DNA of 64,000 nt from Dudresnaya verticillata (GCA_977862235.1 OZ374561.1:62001-126000), one strand, 5' to 3'. Positions 21,144 to 34,307 are shown, counted from the stretch's first letter. Program-made: numbers and translations. Notes: a model not told the origin generated them from the sequence alone.

Positions 21144-22187
21144 ATGCGAAGGTCGCGGCAGCTTGGACGAGGTCGATCGTCGGTCAAGCCGGAAAATTCC
21201 AAAAACAACACAACAACAGACGAAGCGACAGTCGCAAAGACGCCAGAGGCGTCTGCGTCAAAGTCTGGAAATGCTGTCATCACAATTGATGCCGAGAAGA
21301 TAGTAGACATGGAACTGGACAGAGAATGCATATTGGAGCGCTCAAACTTGGTGACAACGGCACCGGCGCGAATGCCGTTTATCGGGTTCTTCGGCAAGTA
21401 CAACAAGCGATGGTACGTGGATATTGTGGCGTTGCCTCACAACTCGATTCGGACATTTCTGTCGGAGGTGTTCACATTGTTGGCAGGGGTGCATCGGCTG
21501 TCTCTAGACATGACGCGTGGGGATTTTGAAAAGCTGTTTATCTTCGTACGGGAGTTTGAAGAATACTCACGGGCAATTTTGGATGCCGAGGAGAAGATCG
21601 TCTATCCGGAGATAGATAGCGCTCTCAAGAAGCACGTGGGGGACTACAGCAACCACCTGCTAAACCCAGAAAACCGGATGGCGCGGAAGCGGAAAATCTG
21701 CGAGCTGCTGACAGCGATGTCGCCGCGCGTGCTGGCGTGCGAGTCGAACATGGCGATTGTGCGGACGATGCAGGGCACGGTGGACGAGCTGTCGCGCGAG
21801 ATGATGGAGTACTTTGCGGTGGAGGAGCGGGAGCTGCCGCGGCTTTTCGCCAAGGCAATTCGAGGGCCTAAGGAAAAGACGCGGGTGGAGGGGCGTCTGA
21901 TTGAGCATTTTGCGTCAGTGGGGCATGAGTACCATTACGCGGCGCTGCTGGTGATGCACATTCAGACCGAGGAGGTGCGCGCGGACTTTGAGGGGCGGCA
22001 CTTTGCAAAAGCTTCTGCGAGGAAGAGGTTTCGCAAGGCGGCGCGCAATGTCAGAGTGGAGCTGCGAGGGATTCCTCGCGCTTTTGAGCGGGCGGCGCAG
22101 AGGTATGAGATGAGGTTTTCTGTGGGGACGTTTCTGCAGCACTACGGGAAAGACCGGGACGCGGACGCGAAGACCAAGCTCGTGTGA
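21144..22187 (+). CDS. Hemerythrin-like helical-bundle protein, paralog 1 (347 aa)
   Basis: WYVDIVALPHNSIR, ILDAEEKIVYP and MEYFAVEERELP show HHE-type spacing with His replaced by Tyr/Ile. Clearly similar to the 22666..24156 ORF. Confidence 0.7.
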   Translation: MRRSRQLGRGRSSVKPENSKNNTTTDEATVAKTPEASASKSGNAVITIDAEKIVDMELDRECILERSNLVTTAPARMPFIGFFGKYNKRWYVDIVALPHNSIRTFLSEVFTLLAGVHRLSLDMTRGDFEKLFIFVREFEEYSRAILDAEEKIVYPEIDSALKKHVGDYSNHLLNPENRMARKRKICELLTAMSPRVLACESNMAIVRTMQGTVDELSREMMEYFAVEERELPRLFAKAIRGPKEKTRVEGRLIEHFASVGHEYHYAALLVMHIQTEEVRADFEGRHFAKASARKRFRKAARNVRVELRGIPRAFERAAQRYEMRFSVGTFLQHYGKDRDADAKTKLV

Positions 22188-22665
22188 AGTGTGACTTGTG
22201 CGGGTGTGTGGGTGTGTTGGTGTGTGGGTGTGTGCTGCACAGGTCCTGACAGGTTTTGAAGCGTCTGCTTTCCTCCAGGAGTCGCACGGTTGGCGGCGTC
22301 GGCTGAGTGTGATTCTGATTGCAGGTGTCGGCTGCAGAGCATTCTCGCGCAAGATAGCTATGGGTGTCAGAGCACTAGTGCGGATTTGTTGTTTTTCTTT
22401 TTTTATCCTTTAATAAAATGTGTGTGTGTGTGTTCGTGTCTGTCGCTTGCGCGTGTCTTTCGATAGGGCTCAGCAAACTTTTCCTCCACCGGACACGAAA
22501 GCGAATATGTTACCTTTCTATACAAGAGAGCTGTTGCGGCGGCGGCGGATGCATCAGTCAAACGAAACGAGAACGCGACCTCCCAGCAAAAAGATATTAC
22601 CGGTAGCCGGTAGCAAAGCAACAAAGAATCAACGTGTGGATGTCACAACGGCAACACCTTTTCCG

Positions 22666-24156
22666 TCACCGGATCCGAACCTTGGAGCGACTGCCACCTT
22701 CTCTTGAGCGTTGCAACCGCGCTGCAGAGGAGCTCTTGTTACCAATGGCGAGGCTGAGCGACCGAAAGCTTCCACTTCCCGTGGGTGAGGCGACGCTGCC
22801 AAACGAAAGGTCGTGGATCTCTTCTCCAAACTCTGTTCTCCTCCGAAGTCTGGACGCTGCAACGCTTCGCACAGAGCGGACTAGGCGGCGGTGAAAACGG
22901 TATGGGATATGCACGTGCTCCTTCTGACACCTCCTCTCCCATCGCGGGTACATCAGCCGCGTGAAGCCCTTGAGGTTGGCTCGGATCCATGCCTCGCGGA
23001 TAGGGCGATCCATCCAACGGAGCAACAGCGCAAGGTTCATAGCAGGGTCCTCGCCGTGCTTGATGTAGGCGATGTAGCGTTTTGTGATGGCGGTCTTTGC
23101 GTGCGGTTCCGAGTGCAGGTGTGCGATGACGGGTGGGAGATGGCGCTCCTCGATGTGAAAGTAATCCATAAGGTCTGGGACAAAGTGGTCCACTTCCTGC
23201 AGGATGGTGTGGAAGACGTCGGCGACGTCGACATGGCGACGCAGCTCAAATGTGCCATTGATCTGGCGCAGGGACTCGAGCAGCGGTTCCTTGCGGGCGA
23301 GCAAGGTGCTCTTGAGAACGGCCTGCACGCCGAGCTTGGGAGAGGAGGTGGATACGTGCGTTGAGTCAGATTGGGAACTGTCGAGGGGGAGAGTAGGGAA
23401 GACCCATGCGAAGAGGACGTCTGCCTCAAAGTCAAAGTACTCGATGAGAAAGGCCTCAAACGCGGCCCACCAGACCCAAAACTCGTCGAGCTCTGGTGCG
23501 TCGACGGCGTGTGAGCGGGCGTGCATACTCTCCAGGATGTTGTACAGATGGACGCACTCTGCGCGAACGGCGTTGTGCGGGAGTGCGAAGATGTCCAGGG
23601 CCCAGTTGGAGGGGGCGCCAAACTTTGCGTGGTAGAGGAACGGGCGGCGCAGCGACTCTGTCGGGGATGGTGCTGGCGGGGCCGATGCACGCAGCGGCGA
23701 GAGCGAAGGCGACATGGCGGACGGGGACAGGTTGCGGTAGCTGTGGGTGTGGGTTTGATGATGGTGGCGCGGCGGGGGCATCGGGGTGGTGGCGGACGGG
23801 GCGGACGGGAAGCGGAGGCGGGCGTGGGGGGTGGAGGTGGAGCAGGACGAGGTGGAGGCCGGGGTGCGCGGGCTGGTAGCGACGCGGGCGCGGTGGCGCG
23901 ACAGGCGCGGCGGGGACACGTGCGGGCTAGTGGGCGAAGTGGCCGTGGTGCGCGAGGAGGACGAGGCCGGCGACACCGGGGTGCCAGGCGCGTCGTCGTC
24001 GGGACGCGGCGGCGGCGGCGGCGGCTGGTGCGTCGGGCTGCGCGGGGCTGTGTCCGATGCGCGGCGCGGCGGGAAGCAGGTCGGCAGGCGGTGCGGTGGG
24101 GCGTGTTGCGGGCGGGCGGGGTACGACGGGACCGAGAAGGTGCGCGGGGGCGGCAT
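22666..24156 (-). CDS. Hemerythrin-like protein, paralog 2, with Pro/Ser-rich N-terminus (start uncertain)
   Basis: WALDIFALPHNAVRAE, EYFDFEADVLF and MDYFHIEERHLP. Confidence 0.75.
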   Translation of the reverse strand: MPPPRTFSVPSYPARPQHAPPHRLPTCFPPRRASDTAPRSPTHQPPPPPPRPDDDAPGTPVSPASSSSRTTATSPTSPHVSPPRLSRHRARVATSPRTPASTSSCSTSTPHARLRFPSAPSATTPMPPPRHHHQTHTHSYRNLSPSAMSPSLSPLRASAPPAPSPTESLRRPFLYHAKFGAPSNWALDIFALPHNAVRAECVHLYNILESMHARSHAVDAPELDEFWVWWAAFEAFLIEYFDFEADVLFAWVFPTLPLDSSQSDSTHVSTSSPKLGVQAVLKSTLLARKEPLLESLRQINGTFELRRHVDVADVFHTILQEVDHFVPDLMDYFHIEERHLPPVIAHLHSEPHAKTAITKRYIAYIKHGEDPAMNLALLLRWMDRPIREAWIRANLKGFTRLMYPRWERRCQKEHVHIPYRFHRRLVRSVRSVAASRLRRRTEFGEEIHDLSFGSVASPTGSGSFRSLSLAIGNKSSSAARLQRSREGGSRSKVRIR

Positions 24157-27100
24157 TTTTGGGGGGGTGCGAGTTGCGGATGTTGTTGATCGGGTGTGGC
24201 GGCGGTGTGCGTTGTTGCCTCGCGGTGGTGGCGGTGGCGGTGCGTGGTGGGGCTCTGTTGCGGGGGCTCTGCGGGGCTCGGGCGGCGCGCGGAGGGGGTG
24301 CGCGCGGAGAACGCGGCTGTGGCGGGCGGCGGTGGCGGTGGCGGTGGGTGGCGGGCGGGGCGCGCGCGGGACGCGGACGACGCGGTTGTGTGGGCGCGGG
24401 ACGCGTGGCCGGAGCAGTGCGCAGGTGGGCTGCCCAAATCGGGTGTTTCGCGCAAAAGTGATTTGCGGCGATGGCGTGCTGCGACGCGGCTGAGGCGCGC
24501 GCGGCTGGCGCTCATTGGCGCGTTGCGCGCCTTGCTCCTCGCGCTCGCGCGGTTTCCGCTGCCAACTGTATCCGGCGCTCGCTCGCGCGTGTCACCGCGG
24601 CGCGGCGCTGCGGCGGCGCCGGGCGGGCGCGAGCGGCCGAATGTCGACTGTAAATCGGCGCGCTCCCGCGCGCGCGCGGCACGCCGCGCGCGCGCAGACC
24701 GCGCTGGCGACACGCACGCGCTCAAAATGTGGCTGCAGCATTTCGAGCTGCGACCAACCGCGTGGCGACTTTTGTGAGCGGTCGCCCCGTGGCGGCGCGG
24801 GCTGAAGTGAGCGCGGACGGGCAACACCACATCCTTTCCATGGCGTGTCTCTCTGTCCTGCGCCTTTCGAGCCGCGCCGCGCAATATGTGAGCCAATTTG
24901 TACGACGGACAGACAGACCGACCGGCCTTTTCTCCGATCCTCATTCTCGTCGCCAGCAACACAAATATGCAGGCACAAAGCACAAAGCACCAAGCGGCGC
25001 GCGCGCTCCGCAATACATTCGTGCTGGTGCCTGTCCTTGCAGCGCGCGCGCGCACCCGTTGTTGCGGTAGTACGGTTGCACTGCGTGAATTGCGCCGCGG
25101 CTGCAGCCTGGCAACACTGAACAAACTGATGTGGGCGCAAAATGCACAGCAACGAGTGCACACACCCACACACAACGCACGCACAAAGGCGTCTGTCTCC
25201 CATGATATCGCCAATCAAACATGGCATCTTTGTACAGTATTTCAATCTTGTCTCGGCCTTGTTCCCTGCCGCCCGCCCTCGCTCTCTCGCACCAGCGCAA
25301 TCTGTATCGGCGCGAGCACGCCGTCGCACGCAGTCGGCGTACCTATCTACCGTAGCAACATACACGGCATACATTCTCCTCTCCTCTTCCAACACAGGGA
25401 GACATGCGCGCCACCCAATACCGTACGCACGCCTTTCATGTCCCTCAGCATCGAGCCGCTGTCTGTCCAAAAGCCGCGCTCGTCACTTTTGCTGTTGAGC
25501 GAACAACGGGCAACACGCAGCCACCATCTATCTATACAGGACAAGCCAGCGGTGCGCGTCCACCGCCCGCACTCTTAACAAACAACGCTTGCTGCCCGCA
25601 CCACACGCCCCTTTGATACCTGTCCTGTCGACTTACACCACATCACGCACAGCACACGCAGCCGTTTGCTCGCAAAACTTCTGACTTGCTTGTTCAAATA
25701 CGGGCAGACAAGATGACACCCCAAACGCCGGCATCGTATTGAGCAAAACGCACTTTCCTTACTAAACGCCCAAATCCACCCTCTTCCACAAAATGTATTT
25801 ACCACCATCTTCGGTGCAACGGAAATAACCCAAAGAAAACTTGTTCGAAGTGTATTCCCCGCTGTTCCACTTTTTCTTTCCCACACACACCCCTCGTCAC
25901 GTTGCGCATACACGCCGTTGTGCCTCGCCATGCCGCAAGCCATCACATCAACAGAAGCATCTCTCAGAGCCGCTCTCCCTGAGATCACTACCCAATGCTC
26001 ACAGCCCGCCTCCCCACGCAAAGCATCTTATTACAACTGTACGGCGCGCGATGAGCCAAGCAAGAAAAGTAATTGGTGCTGCCTTGCGTCCAACATGCTC
26101 AAATTCACCTTCACCCGCAAAAATGGCGGGAACCCTTCGCCAGCCAAAACCACCCGCCCACCAGCCGCTCGCTCCCGCCCTCCCAAGCAACGCCCCCGCC
26201 ATCGCCGCCGACCACACCTCCCCGTCTCGAGTTTCTTCCTCCCACTCCGATGTACAGTACTGTACATCCGCGCCAACCAAACGCTGTCTGTCCGTCCGCG
26301 TCGCGCAACCGCAACCCAACACCAAACCCGCATCCGCATCCGCCGCAACGCAACGCCTTCTGCGCCCTTGCCCGCCTCTGCCAACACCGCCCGGCCCCAC
26401 CTCGCCTGGCGCACGCTTTGCGCGCGCGCTCCGCTCCGTACACAGTGTCGCGTGGAAATTCAAACGCCGCCGCGCGCACGCAATCCCCGATTGCGTCGAC
26501 CCCCGCCAGCTCGCTCGTGCCGACACGCCGTCCCGCCGCGCCGACGCCTGCGGTCGCGACAGTTGTCTCGATGGTACATATAGTACTGTAGCGCGCGCTG
26601 GTCGGTTTGCCCTGCTCGCTTGATGCGTGTGCTTGCTGCAGCTCGCTGGACGCGCCGGTGCTGTCCTTCCTGCGTTTGAAAAGGGGCGCGCTTTCTTATT
26701 ACAAGTTGCGCTTCGGCTCCTATCGTACAATGTAGATATCATACCGCGTCCACTTCGCCCGCCTGTCGCATGGCATCATGCATCCCTCGCATTTCACTTT
26801 TAAAAACCGCGCAAACAAGCAACAGGCAGCATTGACCGCAGTCCCGCCCCACTCTCACCATAAATCTACTGCTGTCCGCAGTGATCCGCTCTGCCCCCAT
26901 TTCTTGCGACGACTCATCAGATGCAACAGCAAGCCCACGGTCAGAGCTCTTTGCCTTGAGCACCAACGGCAACGTCGTTTGCCACCACGTTTGAACATGC
27001 GTTTAAACCTCCGCGCACTTTGGCGCGCAGCGTATCGCTACACCGAATTAAACCGTAAAACTGCTGAGAGATACGCAAACTTTAGGTCCTCACCGGCCAT

Positions 27101-30100
27101 AAATTAGTATCTATCCAAGGGGCCCCGTCCTCCCGTCGTCAATGCTGTCCCATCGTGCATTATATAAAAAAAACGTGACCAGACACATACTGGTCAAAAC
27201 AAAACGGACAGCGTACCCGTGTTCCCGCAAACCTCAAACTCTACCTCCAAAAAATAACGCAATACTAATAGTAATGCCTGGTGCGATTCGCCTCCCCATT
27301 CCTCAACTTCTCGAATAGAGCTTGACAAAGTGGTGCCACATCCTGAGAAATATAATAACATCCTGCTCTAGTGAAGACTATATCTGCATGTATCTGCTCT
27401 ATCTGTTATCGGCACTGCAAGCGGTAGGCCGAACAGGTGTGTCCTCCAAAGCTGCACACCGCATATATTCTTTATTTACTGTCATTTACTTACTATTATA
27501 GAATGCATTATCTTGTCCAGTCGACTTGCAATCAATCGCTTCCTTTTTTTACTGTACTGTTCTCATGTTATTATCACATGCTTCTCACATCAATAGTGAA
27601 GGCGAACAGCATTCCTTCTAAATCACACTTAAAACTACTCTTCCGTTGCTTCTTCCGTAGTCACTCGCAAAATCTATTCTTTCCCAGATATGCGTCCATT
27701 GTGTCATCAAAGCTCACATCGGCCCAGGACAGCACGCAACCCACCCTCTTAGGTGCTTGAACCTGTAATAGATTATTACGTAACGCTACATTTTCTTTTC
27801 TCACGTTTTGCCAAAAGGGAAGCCCGCCTTCCATCTTCACCACGCTGTGCAGAAATGCTGACGGTCCATGGATCAAACGAGCGGATTCTGTTTGTCGAGA
27901 AAGGAGTCTTGTTTTAATAGAGTTGGCCAGAAACATAGTATTGTACAGTACTGTAGACTTTTGCACAATGATCAAGTCGAATCTCTGTACAGTACCCAAG
28001 GGTACAGTATTCAAGTGCCGGTCCGCCGCAAGTATTCAAGATATTTGCAGTTTTGTATGGTACGTGTCCCGCTACAGTACGAAAGAGCATTGTCGTTGTA
28101 CGAGCACATTCGTTCCCGGCAATTACTGTCCAATGCGCCCAATAGAGATTGCCGAACAGAACTGCAAGTACCGAGTTTGACCATTACAGTGCGCGTGCAG
28201 AGACACTTGCGGCATTGTACCGCGTGCTTTAACGAGGTCCACATCAGTCTTACATTTTTTAATCGTCACAACTGCGGTGAGATCGCCTGCTGTTGACATA
28301 TACAGTATTGACAACAGCCAATCTTGTCAAGTAGAAAGTCGCCACCTTGAGCATTGCTCAGTGAGCAGGCGCTCGTTGCTGTGCGTGCGCAACAGTACAA
28401 GTGCACACAGTTCCCTTCGAGACACTGCTGTGTCAGCGCGTTTTTAGATCCAGTGATCTGCTCACCGCGCTATGCAGAATGCACGCTGCTCGTCGAGCCG
28501 TATCTACGTTGTGGCTGTGGCAAAACGCACGGTCGGCTCACGGTGACAAAGACGATACGGCACAGTTGCGAAACCAACGGTGTACTGTACAGCAGGCGAG
28601 ATCTGGTGATCGTTGGAAGCGCCGCGTCAAACAGGTAGCCTCACCGGAAACAAGACAGTACAGTACAGTAGTGATCTTTCTTCAAGCTGGGTGCGTGGAG
28701 CACAACTAACGTAGCATCCTACACGCACTATCATCGTGATGATCATGTCATTTCTGTCCTGTGCTGTGAAACAGAACTACACACGTAGTGGTCAAGTTGT
28801 TTACACTCGCATGTTTATAGATTAAGACAGGGGCAGGGGCACATCACGACATAACTTTTACTAACGCGTTTTGAGCAGGGTATAACCGAGGACCATGCAG
28901 CCTGCCCAAAAATGACCAGGCATTTTATATGCAGTTGAGTTCTACTACTGTACTGTAACATGGCCTTGTTTCAATACAGGCAGCTCTTATGAGCGCACAC
29001 CTTTTGAGTGTGCAAGTCGTAACAGTACGGTTATTGCTCTTTTTGTATCAAGTGTTGTTCAAGGCTTTGTACATTGAGCATGTCATCCATCGCCCGATTT
29101 CTCTTGCAGAACTACAGTATATAAGAATGCGAATAATAAATAACGCTCAGCAATAGGATACTATTCATTTTACGGATTAAACTGATAACTGTACAGTATC
29201 GCCCCTGGGATTGACCTCTTGCTGCAGACCAGTATGATCGGCGTGACGCCGCGGTGTAGCACAGCGCGACCTTGCTATTGCTGTACTGTACTGTCCATGT
29301 ACTGTACTGTAATCGAAACGAGAGAAAGCCTGTCGCCTGCGTGAGACAAAGCATGACGTCGTGCTCCCTGGGCGCTTCAACGAGCGCCATGTTGACGAGC
29401 GGTGTGCTGACACACACACACGCACGGGAAGAGAGCAGCCGCAGCAGAGCAAATCCGGCGTCATGGAACGCAGCTCAACGTGACACCCACGCGCGTCTTG
29501 TTCACGTCTCGCATCGCGAGGATGATTTTGACTCTGAGATCGACGCGACAATGCGGAGGGACACTACTGTGGGTTTTTTTTCTTTTTTTTTTGTGAGAGC
29601 AACCTTGGCAGCATGCCGCCCTCACATCCCGCTAGGGTTGGCAGCTTACCACGTCAGAAGAAGGATCAAAGACCAAAAGATAAATTGAACGCTTTCGCTA
29701 GGTGTACACGTACAGTAGCGGTGCGCGCATTGCAACGAGTGTGGCAGACGCGCCGTGCGGCCTTTTGGCGAAATAATTAGTGTGAGAGAGGAAAAAGAGT
29801 CCCGCCGCTGTCTCTCTCTCTCTTTCTCTTCGATGCACTTGCATTCAATCGGTCAGACGGGCAGACACAGGACAGACGAGAAAACAGACAGTGCTGCAGT
29901 GGATTACCCCTGGTGCCGTGCTTCAATGCGAGCGCTTATGCCTATGTAAACCCTTTCTGAAGCATTAACTCGACACTACTCCACAGCATCATGATGGTCG
30001 CATGGCTGCATGCGTACTTTGTGATACGGTAGCTCGGTGCCAATAGGCTCCTGGATGCATGAGACGGACCAGTCTCTTCGATGTTTGTCTGCGCCGCACC

Positions 30101-32384
30101 ACAAGTCTGTCCCCGCGCGCGGTGGGAGAGATGCGGAGTATCTAGACTGTAAATTCACAGAGCACAAAGCTCAGAGCAGAGCAATATTTGAAAACCACAA
30201 ACACTCTTTGAAGGAATGTTCCCCCCGCGCCCATGCCTCCCACCAACTGAAGAAACCGATCCAGCTTGTCAAAGCAGCCACAGTGCTGCAGAGGATTTGC
30301 TTCCGACATGCAGCGTTGACGATTGCGCTTGTTAATAAAGTTTCCCGTGCAGCGTTTCAGTTTCCGTTTCTATGACAGCGCCATAATTCTACGCAGAAAC
30401 GGACCCCCGTGCGCCATCACCCTGCATCGTGAGGGCCAGTGACAGACTGACTGAGAACGCCTCCGAGGCCTTCGTGCACAAGACTGTCCGTGCACAGCAT
30501 CCTGTCCTTCCGACGTGCACCATGCACACCAACTTTGAATTCAACTCGACAGGTTGAATAACAAACGTCGTGGAGATTCACCACCTCCCTCTACGCCACG
30601 GGTCAGCGCTGCACGTGCTGCATCACTCGATTAAAACAAAGCTGCGCCGCGCAAAGCCTCCGACACTGCCTGCGCGCGCGCACTCCAGACTCGAGTCACA
30701 AGTCGCCAGTGAGCCAGTCGGAGCAGTCTCGCGCGGTCGCTCAAACAGTTACAGTAGTTGCGCTTCGTACCGAACAGTACTGTACAGTACTACCGCCTAC
30801 TCTGCTCGCAACTCGAAGCGGGTGACTGTAACTAAAGCTTTACTCGCGCCTGCTCCCGCCTAACGTGCACTTTATCTTCTGCTGCTGACCGTAGGATACC
30901 GCGCGCAGCGCGCCTCGCCTCTGCCCACCGCACACCATCTCAAGCAGCACCATTTTTCAGATGTCAAGTTTGATTTTAATGTTTGTCTAAAACGTGGTCG
31001 TGCCTGGTAAAGATACCGCCCGCCCAACGCAGCAACCTTACCCGTCGTCGCCAAGCCTGCGACGACTGCGCAGCGCTACTGTAGATGCGCACGTCGGCAC
31101 TTACGTTTCGCAGTTCGAAAACGTCTCGGCCGACTCGCTTCAAAAAGCACCGCAGGGACAAGTCCCTGTCCGCTCCCGCGCCACCACAGCATGCCCGCGC
31201 CCGGCAGCACGCCAATGGCGCCGCGCCGCAAACGTGGCACGGCCGCCAGCGCGCGCATTGCGCCTGCCTGTCATCGGCGCTGCCGCGAAAATGTCAAAGC
31301 GCGCCGCTCGGCTCCGTCGCGAGATGCGCCATTGGGCGCTCTCTGATTTGCAACCGCCATACAGCTGTCATTTCCGTTTTTGATTCACCGCGACAGTACT
31401 GTACGTCCGATCCGCAAAGCGCAGCACCGCCGCTTTTCTGTGACAAAGTAACGGAAGCCCGCAGAGCGGCCGCGGCCACCGCTAATGAAGTTACACAAGC
31501 CCGCGCCGCGCGGCGTGTTGCAATAGCAACGCACGTTTCGCCGAGGCTGTCTGTCGGGCAGAGTCGCCCGCGCTTCATGGAGCAGAGCGCGTCTTTGGCG
31601 AAACGGCGGGCTGCCGACGTTCGTCATTCGCCATTGACAATACACAATGTCTTGATGTTGCTCTTCGCTTCGGCGTCTCGCGAGCGCAATCGCCGCGAGC
31701 TCCACTCCGGTCCTCGCTGTGAACTTTACTTTTACGACTTGACGGCCGCGGAGACAGCTGGCGCCCGCGCAGTGAATTAGGGGCTCCGTCAACGCAAAAA
31801 AATGCGTGCGGTGCGTGCGCGTCCGCAGCGCGCGCTTTCAGCAAGTGAATCATCGTGCCTGGGCGACTTGAGTCAAGCTGGCCGTTTGGCGACGTGGGTG
31901 GAACCGCAGATACAGGTTACTTCGATTGCTGCAGCTCTTGCAATCCACACTCTGTCGGAGAGGCGTCCTGCTACTGTACGCTATGGCACCACCTTACCGG
32001 CGGAACAGACTGGAATGCAAAAGGTATTCAACCGCGCGAGCAGGTTGTCCGCGAAGCCATCAATTCTTTCTTTCTTTCTTTTCTTTTTTCTTTTACAACA
32101 GCCAGGTTGCCAGCAGGCGCAAGCCGCTAGTACTGTACCACGAGATGTAATCCATCACGAATACAGGATCTACGCAACAGGAAAAGAAAAAAAAAAAAAC
32201 TATACACGATACGCAGATCATCGCGAGCTTTCAAAAAGAGCTTTCTCTGTCCACTTCAAAAAACCCATCCCTCGGGCTGCTGCAACACCCAGACGGACTA
32301 GTGCGAGATGCAGACCTGGCCAAGGTCCAGGGAGCAACCCAAGGCACACCGAAAACGGCACCAACGAAAATGTTCAGCATTGTA

Positions 32385-34307
32385 TCACCCGCGGAAGAAT
32401 GAGTTTCTTCTTTTCGGCCCGTCCTCGCCAGCAATCGTCCTATGAATGCGAACGATTGTGTGATGCGAATTGTCCGCCCGATAGCGTGACAGCAGAGTCT
32501 GCCGCGACGCCCTGGCCATCAGGCTCACATGCTCGGCGCGCAATCGGCGGTCCTCGATCCATCGCGTCACAGTCGTGATGCCAGACCACCCCATAGGAAG
32601 GCTCCCCTCCCTTGCCACCAGAATTGCAAACTGCCGGTACACCTTGCGCGTTGCCTTCTTGCCGTCCGCGCCCAGCCCAAGCAGCTCTGAAATCTGGTCG
32701 TCAAACTCGCCGAGCAGGTCGACAAACGCCGGGATCAGCGCGCTGATGCTGGCAAACGTGGCATTGTACACGTCGGATGAAGTCGCCTCACTAGCAGACC
32801 CGCGGCTGCGTTGTAGCCACAGCACGCGGTTGTCCACCGTGCTCAGCAGGTCGCGCACCTGCTCCATGCGCTGAAACAGGCGCGAGGAGCAGCCTGCCCA
32901 CACCTGCACATACGACTTTCCCTTTGCCTCCATGGCGGCCACTGACCTGCTCAGCATGACGTCACGACGGTCTAGCAGGTCCGTGACAAGCGGGAAGAAG
33001 TAGTCCTCAAAGCCGGTCAGCATGACTTCGGCATACTGCGAGAAGCGGGTGAACCAAATTTCAAAGTCGACCTGGATGCTCTTGTGGCGGTAGCGTTGCT
33101 CCCGCGGGTCGAGTCCGCAGTTCATCTGCAGGCAGGTCGTGAGAAAGATGAGGTCGTTAAGTTCAGCGCGCAAGCTGTTTGTGTAAAGCACAACGGAATC
33201 CGTTGCCCACGCATTGCCAAAGCGGGCCATGAGAATGTGCGGGTGGATGGGGTCCAGCTCCTGCGATGAGATCTTGACGTCACGCAGCTGATCCGGGATC
33301 CAACCGAAAGCCGAGCCTTTTCGCTTCGAGAAGGCGCCCGTCAGATAAGAGGAGCGCCTCCGCCGCCGTGGCGTTTCTGTTCGCAGCGACGGGATCTCGT
33401 GGACGGTGACGGGCTCGCTCGGCCGTGGCACTGGCTGCGGCACCGGCTGTGGCGCTGGCGGCACAACCGACGGCACCGGGTGGCGGTTGGTGCCCAGGTG
33501 CGACGCCGACTTGCGCTGGCTGCGCTGGCGGCGGACGGAGAGGCGGGCCTCGCGACGACGCGACAGCGGGGCCTGCATGTGGCGATCCGGGACGGTGGTG
33601 GTGGTGGTGGTGGTAGTAGTGGTGGTGGTGGTGGTGGTGGCGGTGGAAGGGTCTGTGGTGACGTTGGTGCTGGTGCTGGAAAACGTGATCATCTCGGAGC
33701 GCGTGCGATGCCAGCTGATGCCGCATGCGCGCGGGGTGGGGATCGGGATGGGGACCTGCACGACGTCCGGGGCGACGACGACGAGCCGCTGTTCGGCGGG
33801 GGTGGGATGGTTGGGATGTTGTTGTTGTTGCTGTTGTTGTTGTTGAGGGTGGAAGCGGAGGTGTGCGGGGCGGTGGTCACCGCGGCGGGCAGACGGCGAC
33901 GGCGACGACGACGCCGATGACGCCGACGACAAAGCGGCGGCAGCAGCAGCAGCAGCAGCAGCAGCAGCGGCGGCAGCGGCAGCAGCAGGCGGCGGGGCAA
34001 AGCGGGCCGAGCGGACCGACACGGCCGAGCCGGACGGGGACGAGACGGACAGGTCGCGGTCGTGCGACGCGTCCGAGACGGCGCTGTCCGACATGAGGGT
34101 GTGTGCGCGCGGGGCCAGCAGCGCGGCCAGCGCCGGGCCGTCGGCCGTGGACGGCTCCGACCGCGGCGGCGTGCGCGGCGGCGGCGCGCGCTTTGGCGGC
34201 GCCGGCGCCGGCGACGGCGCGCACAGCGGCGACGACGACAGGCCGGACCGCGCGCGGCGCGCGCGCGGGCGCAGCGGGGCGGCGGCGGATGGCGGCGGCG
34301 GGGACAT
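32385..34307 (-). CDS. Divergent hemerythrin-like protein, paralog 3, with poly-A/Q/T low-complexity N-terminus (640 aa)
   Basis: ARFGNAWATDSVVLYTNSLRAEL, WFTRFSQY...FEDYFFP and TRWIED align by eye with paralogs 1 and 2. Confidence 0.65.
   Translation of the reverse strand: MSPPPPSAAAPLRPRARRARSGLSSSPLCAPSPAPAPPKRAPPPRTPPRSEPSTADGPALAALLAPRAHTLMSDSAVSDASHDRDLSVSSPSGSAVSVRSARFAPPPAAAAAAAAAAAAAAAAAALSSASSASSSPSPSARRGDHRPAHLRFHPQQQQQQQQQHPNHPTPAEQRLVVVAPDVVQVPIPIPTPRACGISWHRTRSEMITFSSTSTNVTTDPSTATTTTTTTTTTTTTTTVPDRHMQAPLSRRREARLSVRRQRSQRKSASHLGTNRHPVPSVVPPAPQPVPQPVPRPSEPVTVHEIPSLRTETPRRRRRSSYLTGAFSKRKGSAFGWIPDQLRDVKISSQELDPIHPHILMARFGNAWATDSVVLYTNSLRAELNDLIFLTTCLQMNCGLDPREQRYRHKSIQVDFEIWFTRFSQYAEVMLTGFEDYFFPLVTDLLDRRDVMLSRSVAAMEAKGKSYVQVWAGCSSRLFQRMEQVRDLLSTVDNRVLWLQRSRGSASEATSSDVYNATFASISALIPAFVDLLGEFDDQISELLGLGADGKKATRKVYRQFAILVAREGSLPMGWSGITTVTRWIEDRRLRAEHVSLMARASRQTLLSRYRADNSHHTIVRIHRTIAGEDGPKRRNSFFRG

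Noticed and set aside
23037..25214. 725-aa minus-strand ORF overlapping hemerythrin paralog 2
   Set aside because: Alternative-frame, low-complexity Arg/Pro/Ala shadow of GC-rich sequence.
29757..29790. CGGCCTTTTGGC resembling the U2 snRNA 5' stem
   Set aside because: Only 12 nt match; the GTGTAGTA branch-pairing region and Sm site are absent.
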